A DNA stretch of 64,000 nt from positions 1 through 64,000 of IMG/VR virus record IMGVR_UViG_3300011005_000062, one strand, 5' to 3'. This document shows positions 56,244 to 64,000 of the stretch, piece by piece. The notes under the pieces were generated by a model, which saw nothing but the letters and a program-made list of their open reading frames with translations, made no database searches and was not told the origin of the DNA. Numbering within the stretch: the stretch's first letter is position 1; each line of letters opens with the position of its first letter. The DNA is from a virus. A program made the position numbers and the translations under genes.

Positions 56244-57117
56244 AATTAAAAATGCGTCTAGAAAAAAATTCTAGACGCTAATAAAGAAAGGAGGTGATTT
56301 CAAATTAATCTTCAAAGTTATTCTTCTGAATATGCTTTGGCTTATTATGTTTCTTATTATCTTGTTTACGAAATTCATTCGGAATATTACGTTTCTTATT
56401 CTTTACATAAGAATTAGAATTACCATTTTCTTCATCCTGAACCAACTCATCAAGATAACGAGGATCAATCTTCATTTTTTACTTTTTAAATACCTTTCAT
56501 TTTGTTTATTAATATTATATATTATTAATATAATATATTTTTTAAAAATTTAAACTATTATTTTAATTATTTTTGTGTTCATTCAGCGTTTTAAGATATT
56601 TAGCAACATTAAAAATTACTTCATTTTGTGCAGTAGTAATAAGAGTATCAAACGCTTCATGAAGTTGCTTTTTATTTTCTTCAGTCAAACCAATACACTT
56701 AGGATCTTTATATGCATTATCAATAAATTCAATAAATGCATTAATCTGTTCTTCAATAGGTTTACCATATTTTTTCATTTTTAATATTCCTTTTTAATTG
56801 GAAAAGACCAAATTGTTATACCAATCAATAAAATCCATATATGTATCAAATTTTACAATAAAATTTCCAGTAGTAATGTTATAAAGCTTAATACTATTAT
56901 CAATACCATATTGAATACGATAATGATCATTTAAGAAAATAATAATATTAGCAATTTGTTCTTTAGTCCAAGATCTTTCTGAATTAGCAAAATTCAAGAT
57001 TTTATTAACTCTCTTTTCAACTTTTTCAATCAGATCTTTCTGAAATTTATTCATTTAAATCACCTTTTTATTTTAATTGATATTATAATATAATATAGAA
57101 GTCAGAAAAGTAAACCG

Positions 57118-57441
57118 TCAAACTAAGAGCGGAATGGCGGTCACAAGCAGAACACGATCAAAAATCTTATCCTGCGGATTCTCGTTTGAATCACCGTAAA
57201 GGCGGTATTTGGCAGTCAAGGTGTAACCGCTGTTAATGTACTCAGACTTCATCCAGGGTGAAATGAATAGGTCGGAGCTACACCAATCCTCAGCCATCTT
57301 GTCCGCGATGTACTGAAAAAAGTTCTCTACAGACTCGGGCCTTTCGAACTCACGAATTTCAGTATGGCTACTCAATTCAGTAACCGATTGTTTTTCGGTG
57401 TTGATCCAAAGGTTATGTACGGCAAAAATCATTTTCGTCAT
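57118..57441 (-). CDS. Hypothetical protein
   Basis: Intact 107 aa ORF of locally higher GC. Confidence 0.5.
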   Translation of the reverse strand: MTKMIFAVHNLWINTEKQSVTELSSHTEIREFERPESVENFFQYIADKMAEDWCSSDLFISPWMKSEYINSGYTLTAKYRLYGDSNENPQDKIFDRVLLVTAIPLLV

Positions 57442-57498
57442 AGGTAAATTCCTTTCAATTTATTATAATATAACATTCGAATCAGAAAAGTAAACTGA

Positions 57499-57690
57499 TT
57501 AATACAGTCTCCGCACTACATAAGGCTTGCCGCTTTTAAAAGTGGACAGGAAGGTTCTCTGTGGTTTGAGAGCAAGAATGGATTCCTTGTCTTCGGCTGT
57601 AATGCCACAATCCCAATAGATATCGGATTCCGAAATAGTGAGGCCAAAATTGCCATCACCACAATGGCATACGAGTTTGAACATTTTCAT
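57499..57690 (-). CDS. Hypothetical protein; contains the only in-frame CGG that needs no shift
   Basis: ...KPYVV-CGG-RLY*; CGG at 57511..57513, four codons before the stop. Confidence 0.5.
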   Translation of the reverse strand: MKMFKLVCHCGDGNFGLTISESDIYWDCGITAEDKESILALKPQRTFLSTFKSGKPYVVRRLY

Positions 57691-57856
57691 TTTGGTATCT
57701 CCTTTTGTTTATATTATTAATATAATAGAAATATTAAACAAATAAATTATATTTAAAAATATTTTTATTAACTTCCTTTAAAAATAAAAAATCTCATTAA
57801 TTAAAATAAATCTAATTAATGAGATCAACAAAAAATAGGAGGTGATAATCTATTAA

Positions 57857-57931
57857 TGGAGCGGTAGGTGGGAATCGAACCCACAAAACCGGGTCGGAAG
57901 CACGGAGGTTTGCCGTTGAGCCTACTACCGC
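57857..57931 (-). tRNA. Unusual tRNA-Gly with UCC anticodon and G37; candidate CGGN four-base decoder
   Basis: GCGGTAG TA GGCTCAACGGCAAACC T CCGTG-CTTCCGA-CCCGG TTTT GTGGG-TTCGATT-CCCAC CTACCGC T CCA. Perfect acceptor and T-stem, U73 and C35C36 glycine identity, T30 x C40 mismatch; loop C32 U33 U34 C35 C36 G37 A38. Confidence 0.9.
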
Positions 57932-58279
57932 ATATTTAATTTTTAAAACACAAGATACATATTTTCAAGTATTCTATTTAACAGATAGATCTTTTAACAA
58001 ATTGCTGTATATATCTTTTATATTATATATTATAAATAAAAATTAGAAAAATTAAACATTAATTTTTATTTATCTAATGAAAAATATGCATAACTTCCTA
58101 TATTATTTCCTTTATCATCAGTTAACATAAAATTATCGGTATAAATGCCTTTACTAATATCTGTACGTAATTCTTTTGCTAAATTTTCTAATATTTTAGC
58201 AACTTCTAATGTACGAGATTCTTCTGTATATAATCCTCTTTCGTTTTGAAAATTTTCATTATTTGTAAATATTGTAATT

Positions 58280-58801
58280 TTAACCATTTTGTTCTCCTAA
58301 TAATTTTTCTAATCTTTCCAAAAATATTTTTTGATACGGAAATATTAAATTTTTAGCTATATTTATATTTATATATTTAGCTTCAGCTAATTCTGATACT
58401 TCAATAAAAATACCTGAATTTTTAGGATATTCGGTTTGACACATATTAGAATGTATATTTATTGCATAATGATTAGGAATATAATCAAATTTAAATGCAA
58501 ATATATGAACTATTTTTTTATTTTTAGAAGTTTTAGCATTACCAATATATACAAAATCTAAAATTTTTGATTTAGGTAAAACCAATCCAGTTTCTTCTTC
58601 AAATTCTCTAATAGCGGCATCTAACATATTTTCTTCATTTTCAATATGTCCCTTTGGTATATTCCAAGCATGATAATCACGTTTACTCCAAGCTGGACCA
58701 CCATTTTTACCTAATAATACTTCTATTTTATTTTCTTTATTAATTCTATAAACTAGAATTCCTGCTGATTGTTCTTGCATATTAATCTTTTTTCCATTCA
58801 T
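58280..58801 (-). CDS. NUDIX hydrolase
   Basis: GHIENEENMLDAAIREFEEETGL (Nudix box). Confidence 0.93.
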   Translation of the reverse strand: MNGKKINMQEQSAGILVYRINKENKIEVLLGKNGGPAWSKRDYHAWNIPKGHIENEENMLDAAIREFEEETGLVLPKSKILDFVYIGNAKTSKNKKIVHIFAFKFDYIPNHYAINIHSNMCQTEYPKNSGIFIEVSELAEAKYININIAKNLIFPYQKIFLERLEKLLGEQNG

Positions 58802-59231
58802 TAAAATGAGTAATTAATAACTCTCTTTGTTATTTAATATAATCAAAATCCTTCTGAATTAAATCATCATTTTTATCTTCTTCCCATAATCCAAGCTCAG
58901 GATTAATTACATATCCATCTTGAAATATCCACTGCCATAAACTATATCGTTTAACCAATACCTCACAATATTTAATTCTATGATTAATATATAATGGTTT
59001 TTTCTGAATATTAAACTTAATTGTAAATATTTCACCTGAAGTTAATTCAATATTAAAATACCAAAATTTAATGACAGAACACTCATCTTTAACTTGATCT
59101 AAACTAAAATCACCTTTAAACTTAGTTAAATATTTATAGTTAAATGTTAAGTCATGAATTACTGCAATTGCTTGATATGCAAAAAATTTATGTTTAAAAT
59201 AAAAACCATTTTATCAAATTTAAAAGCTACT

Positions 59232-59921
59232 TCATTTTCCATTTATTTTATCTTCCTTTCCATATATATGTTCATTTGCTAATTTTGTTAATTTATTTAT
59301 AATAGCATCACTACAATTATAAAAAGATTTATAATTAGTTTTTAATACATATGCAATTTTTGGTGTTGAAAAATATTTAATATATTTACTTATGAATTTA
59401 GGTTTTATATCTAAATCAGTTTGATATGCAGCAATAAACATAAAAAGTTTATTTAATTGGTTTTCATTTAACATTTTATATTTTATAAAAGTATTCATAT
59501 ATGAATCTAAAACTTGTTCACCATATCTAATATATTTAATTGAATATAAAAACATATTAAAATTAGAATCATTAACAAATAAATCAATTTTTAATATATA
59601 TCTTGTAAAAAATGAACATGATGCTGCAGTTTTTGGTATATCATCAAAATCAATATCATCAAAATTATCTATTAAAAATTCTCTTAATATATCACCCAAT
59701 TTATTAGGTATAAGATAATTATTAATCATAAGAGTTTTTATAATTTTATTAATATATTTTTTAAAATCATAATAAAATAAATCATTTAATTCAAGTTCAT
59801 CAAAAAATATATTTAAACTATTTGCATTATATAAATGTGAATTATTACTTAAATAATGATTAAACTCATATATAAAAGTTTCATATTGTAATTTTGAATT
59901 AAGTTCATTACAATTTCTCAT
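59232..59921 (-). CDS. Hypothetical protein, LNxKLQYE family
   Basis: MRNCNELNSKLQYETFIYEF; related N-terminus in 61609..62130. Confidence 0.5.
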   Translation of the reverse strand: MRNCNELNSKLQYETFIYEFNHYLSNNSHLYNANSLNIFFDELELNDLFYYDFKKYINKIIKTLMINNYLIPNKLGDILREFLIDNFDDIDFDDIPKTAASCSFFTRYILKIDLFVNDSNFNMFLYSIKYIRYGEQVLDSYMNTFIKYKMLNENQLNKLFMFIAAYQTDLDIKPKFISKYIKYFSTPKIAYVLKTNYKSFYNCSDAIINKLTKLANEHIYGKEDKINGK

Positions 59922-60007
59922 ATTTTATTTCCAATTTTTATAATAGATAATATTAAATAAAATAATAAAAAATAAAAGATCTTATATTATAAGATCTTTA
60001 CATATAG

Positions 60008-61228
60008 TTAAAACTTGGAAATATACATTTCCCATAAAGATTTAAATACAGTATCTGCTGCTTTAGTAGATAGTAGCATATCAATATATGCACGAATATC
60101 AGCACTATGAATTTTTAACATAGGAAAATATATTTTACTATATTTCATATCTTTAACTTTTAATGCAAATTCCTTTTTAAGTATAGGATTATTAAAAATA
60201 TCACTTATTGCAAAATATTCTTTAATTGAATCAATTTCTTTATTGAAATCTTCAATCCAATTATTATACTTCTTTTGAACATCTTTAATAATGTTTGCAT
60301 AATGCGGTAAACAAGCACATACTTCATCTACTTCATTCTTATATGCAATATTTAGAATATTATGATAGGTAATAGATCCATTGTCTAAAGTTCCTCTCAG
60401 ATGATGTAGAGCTACATATGCGCTATTTTTAACTTTAGTACGAGGAAAATTACCATCAACTAAATGAGAAAAATCAGTAACTACAAAGCCTTCATTCATC
60501 TGATTAAGACCATTAGCCATGGCTTTCATTTCTTCAAATCCACGAAATTCTCCTTTTTCATTTACCAAAGGTATAATTTCAGGAATTAGAATAATATCCT
60601 TTAACTTTTGATCAAAATTATCATATATTTCTTTAAACTGAATTTCATTGAAATCATTCAATCTATCTCTACAACCAATAAGATAAATTTTAGTTTCTTT
60701 ATATTCAGTTACAATACGATTAAATGGAGAAACCAATTCAAAGGTATAACAATAATTAGGATTTAGATAATCAGTAAACTGATCAAAAGTAAGTGGTTCA
60801 ATAGCCATCTTAAACAAATCCATAAAGGTATGAATGTTGTCGCCAACTTTGTTTTCACCACTAATTTTACTACGACTACTAATATACCATTTATTATTGT
60901 AATTAAACAAAGAAATCAAAGAACCATCCACTTTGGTAGTAGCAACAGATTTATCCCAATTGAATTTTTCTCTTTCTTCGGGAACTTCTTCAAAATTATA
61001 AAAACGATAAAAAGGCATAGATACAATATTCCAAGTATCTTTTTCCAATACAATACCTCTACTCATTCTTACAATAGGATCGGTCTTAGGACTATCAATT
61101 TGACTATAAGAAAATATTACCAAATTATCAGTAATACTATAAGATATTCCAAGCTGATCTTTCAATTCATCAAGACGATTGATAGAGTTACAATCAACAT
61201 CCAAAAAATTTTTAATATAATTAATCAT
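60008..61228 (-). CDS. RNA ligase, T4 Rnl1-like
   Basis: DPIVRMSRGIVLEKDTWNIVSMPFYRFYNFEE, ATTKVDGSLISLFNY, NEGFVVTD. Confidence 0.92.
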   Translation of the reverse strand: MINYIKNFLDVDCNSINRLDELKDQLGISYSITDNLVIFSYSQIDSPKTDPIVRMSRGIVLEKDTWNIVSMPFYRFYNFEEVPEEREKFNWDKSVATTKVDGSLISLFNYNNKWYISSRSKISGENKVGDNIHTFMDLFKMAIEPLTFDQFTDYLNPNYCYTFELVSPFNRIVTEYKETKIYLIGCRDRLNDFNEIQFKEIYDNFDQKLKDIILIPEIIPLVNEKGEFRGFEEMKAMANGLNQMNEGFVVTDFSHLVDGNFPRTKVKNSAYVALHHLRGTLDNGSITYHNILNIAYKNEVDEVCACLPHYANIIKDVQKKYNNWIEDFNKEIDSIKEYFAISDIFNNPILKKEFALKVKDMKYSKIYFPMLKIHSADIRAYIDMLLSTKAADTVFKSLWEMYISKF

Positions 61229-61608
61229 ATAATCACCTTTTTTATTTTTATATTATAATATAATAAAAATATTAAAACAATAAACCGAATATTCTTGTAA
61301 AATTTACAAACGCTTCACTATTTTTATCAAATTTTTTAAATTCAATTAAATCTATTTTATCATACAAAAATTGTCTAAAAATAATTTTTTCTTCATCTGT
61401 TAAAAATGGTGGAAAATACATACTTATCCATATTACTGTATTAACATATTTAGTAATATCGGTATAAAATATATTATCTAAATCTTGTTTAATTTTATTA
61501 TATGGTGTAAGAAAACTTGAAGATTTTGCAAGACTATAATTAAGTTTTTTACAAAACTTTCCATATTTTAATACTATATTTAATTGTTCAATATGTTTCA
61601 TATTTTAA

Positions 61609-62130
61609 TTAGTTATCCATTCCATATTTATCTATAAAATAATTTATTAATGATCCACGTATACATTGATTATTTCTTAACAACTTAGGTGATATTTTGT
61701 GATGATACATATCTAAAAATGGTTGAGTAAGATTTTTTTGGTATTTACTTATAGCTATCCAAGCATTATTATTAAAGATTGGAGCAAATTCAAATAGCAT
61801 TTCAATTGTTAATCGATTATGTTCACAATATTTATACCAATCAATTTTTTTGTAAAATTTTTTACAAAATTCAAATGAAAACAGATGATAACTACTTAAA
61901 GTTTTCCAGTGAATATTAGATTTATATTTTTCGCATAAATCTAAATTATTAGGTAATTGATGATTATATATACAAAATAGTTGCCAATTAATTTTATTAA
62001 TAAATATGTCTATAAATTTAGGATCATTAAAATTTTCATCATATATATATATACGATGATTTTTCCAATTAAAATTAGGATCCATATATTTTTCGTATTG
62101 TAGTTTTAAATTAAGTTTTTCAATATTCAT
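61609..62130 (-). CDS. Hypothetical protein
   Basis: MNIEKLNLKLQYEKYMDPN. Confidence 0.5.
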   Translation of the reverse strand: MNIEKLNLKLQYEKYMDPNFNWKNHRIYIYDENFNDPKFIDIFINKINWQLFCIYNHQLPNNLDLCEKYKSNIHWKTLSSYHLFSFEFCKKFYKKIDWYKYCEHNRLTIEMLFEFAPIFNNNAWIAISKYQKNLTQPFLDMYHHKISPKLLRNNQCIRGSLINYFIDKYGMDN

Positions 62131-62205
62131 AATTAAATAAAGTTAGATATTTAATTCAATAAAGCATTAAATATCTAACTCAGTAAGGAGGTGACACATT
62201 AATTA

Positions 62206-63531
62206 TTAAAGATCATACTTAAGCTTATCTTTAGCTTCCTTAATACGTTCAACTTCATCATCAGAAAGACGAACATCAAGAATATAACAAATAAGTTCAA
62301 AGAACAGATAGTCACAATCTCTATCCTGATTCATACAAGCAGTTAAAGCAGTACCAATAGTTTTCTTACCTTTAATCTTATTAGCCATAACTTGTTGGAA
62401 CATAAACAAATATTTGACACCAGCCACAATAAGAGGTCGAGTATTACGACGAATCTTACTATTAGGAAAAAGCATTAAATAAGTCATTGTATCATAAACA
62501 AATTGCAACGCTTCTTTCATCTTTTCGGTTTCAACATCATATTTTTCATCACGATATACAGTTAGTAGCCAAGAACATCCAGCATTGATAATTGCATATA
62601 CATTGGTCGAATTAGTTTCACATTCTTTATGAAACTTATTCTGAGCTGACTTAATACCTTCCTTAAAGAGCTTATTGAAATCCCACTTAGCAAAAAGTTC
62701 ACGATATTCAATAAACTTTCCAGTCATCTCAGGACCAAGTAAACCGGATGCCATAGTTTTCAATACATTGATATTGAGAGAACCAAACATCTTTTCATAG
62801 CTATCCATTTGATAGCTAAGATAAGTCCAGGCACGAGGCGAAGCCCAAGCTCCACTTTCAAGAGGTTCACTAGAAAGATAAAGATCACCATGATTATAAA
62901 TAAAACTGGTAATATCTTCACGAATACCATGTTTAAATGCAAAATTATTTAGCCAATCTTTGCTATCCGATTTGACCTCAATAAACATCAAACGATTACA
63001 AACAGGTGCCGGAATAGGATTAGCAAGAGCCTTATCTGTATTTCTATTACCAGCCAAAAGAATTGCAGTATTTGGAGGAAGATGATACCCATTCAAACTC
63101 TTATATGTAAGAAGCTGGAATAGATACTTCTGCATAATTCGATCTGCAAGATGGAAGTCATCAATTAAAAGGACTTTAACTGTATTGTCCTTTGCCTTTT
63201 GATCGCCTTTAAGATATGCATCAGTAGCATATTCTGGATCATCAAAATTGAAAAGTTCAGGCTTAGACCAAATGGCGGTTGAACCGGATTCAACCTTGCA
63301 AGGAATACCAGTAATCTGTTCAAGTGACATATTGGAAAGATACTTTACAGAAAGTGTCCATCCGTTTTCTTCACAAATTTCACGAATAATATCACTCTTA
63401 CCAGTACCTGGTGCACCCTGAATAGCAAGACGAGGTGCATACAACTGCTGACACTGTAGTGCCACATTTGCTTTAACATAATCTTTAATCTGATTCAAAT
63501 TGATCATGTTCATATTCATTGCTTCTGCCAT
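62206..63531 (-). CDS. MoxR-like AAA ATPase
   Basis: LAIQGAPGTGKSDIIREICEE (Walker A), VKVLLIDDFHLADRIMQKYLFQLL (Walker B), ILLAGNRNTDKA. Confidence 0.9.
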   Translation of the reverse strand: MAEAMNMNMINLNQIKDYVKANVALQCQQLYAPRLAIQGAPGTGKSDIIREICEENGWTLSVKYLSNMSLEQITGIPCKVESGSTAIWSKPELFNFDDPEYATDAYLKGDQKAKDNTVKVLLIDDFHLADRIMQKYLFQLLTYKSLNGYHLPPNTAILLAGNRNTDKALANPIPAPVCNRLMFIEVKSDSKDWLNNFAFKHGIREDITSFIYNHGDLYLSSEPLESGAWASPRAWTYLSYQMDSYEKMFGSLNINVLKTMASGLLGPEMTGKFIEYRELFAKWDFNKLFKEGIKSAQNKFHKECETNSTNVYAIINAGCSWLLTVYRDEKYDVETEKMKEALQFVYDTMTYLMLFPNSKIRRNTRPLIVAGVKYLFMFQQVMANKIKGKKTIGTALTACMNQDRDCDYLFFELICYILDVRLSDDEVERIKEAKDKLKYDL

Positions 63532-63649
63532 AACTTTAACTCCTTACTTTTAAAATTATTTTAATATATTATATTCATAGTATAATATAAATGCATATTA
63601 AATAAACTACATTTTTATAAATATTAATAAAAAATATAATATTTAATAT

Positions 63650-64000
63650 ATGTTAAATAAATTTAATAATTTATACAATATAATACTTGAAGGATTACGT
63701 AGTGGATATCCATCAGGAAAATTATCAGAAAATGAAATTAAATTTAGACTTCCATTATCTATAAAATATTGTGAAGATATTTTACATAAATCTTTATATG
63801 TTGAATTAACTCAACATTCATTATCTCCAAATAAAAATCATCGGTTTACATTTATTAAAATTTACACATGCAAAAACATTTGAAAAATTAGATCAAGCAA
63901 TTTTTAAAGTTTTACAAGATTTAAATCAAAATGAATTATATAATTGTTTTTTTAAAGAAAAATTATTTTTAATATCTATTGCTAAACATGAATTAAAAAA
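63650..64000 (+). CDS. Hypothetical protein, partial, recoded at CGGT 63842..63845
   Basis: MLNKFNNLYNIILEGLRSGYPSGKLSENEIKFRL...SPNKNH-[CGGT]-LHLLKFTHAKTFEKLDQAIFKVLQDLNQNELYNCFFKEKLFLISIAKHELK..., open to window end. Confidence 0.75.

Noticed and set aside
1-64000. Simple sequencing-error explanation for all frame breaks
   Set aside because: The 16 CGG breaks share one sign and one codon position, while identical trinucleotides out of frame never break the ORF, and homopolymer breaks have the opposite sign. Not fully excluded without reads.
1-64000. CGG acting as a stop codon or CGG ordinary Arg with alternate starts
   Set aside because: Downstream frames continue domains mid-motif (CxxCG zinc fingers, methylase GDAL, YYPDF nuclease core) and lack suitable starts at the joins.
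1-64000. P-site slippage as the +1 mechanism
   Set aside because: Preceding codons are diverse and mostly cannot re-pair after a +1 slip (e.g. ATG to TGC, AAC to ACC).
1-64000. CRISPR arrays or retron/DGR elements
   Set aside because: No regularly spaced direct repeats and no reverse transcriptase motif seen.

Overview
AT-rich, large-phage-like window, mostly minus-strand genes. It encodes T4-like topoisomerase II subunits (one with a mini-intein), two RNA ligases, a Thg1-like protein, a MoxR-like AAA ATPase, a SF2 helicase, DNA methylases, several homing-type endonucleases, a NUDIX hydrolase, a pore-loop channel, a tmRNA and many tRNAs, some with group I-like introns. Main finding: I located 17 in-frame CGG codons. 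At 16 of them the reading frame stays open only if exactly one extra base is consumed, i.e. a four-base codon CGGA or CGGT followed by normal triplets. This happens in 8 genes: two structural-type proteins, three homing-type endonucleases, a DNA methylase, a glycosyltransferase-like protein (four sites) and a gene cut by the window end. Internal paralogs and conserved motifs indicate glycine at several sites (CVYC-[CGGT]-QPATYQFKNGKWCC versus CAYCGEYAEYQLKNGKWCC; YKN-[CGGT]-EIIPS versus YKNGELKPS). A lone tRNA gene at 57857..57931 (minus) looks like tRNA-Gly (GCGG acceptor, U73, encoded CCA) with anticodon loop CU-UCC-G-A. G37 instead of the usual A37 creates a possible four-base anticodon 5'-UCCG-3', complementary to CGGA. 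The only Arg tRNA I could read has anticodon ACG, and I saw no CCG anticodon. I propose that the phage decodes CGGN as glycine with a +1 reading-frame step, using its own tRNA. One in-frame CGG (57511..57513, minus) does not need a shift, and four other frame breaks at A/T runs are of the opposite sign and may be sequencing errors or decay. All translations and tRNA folds were done by hand.
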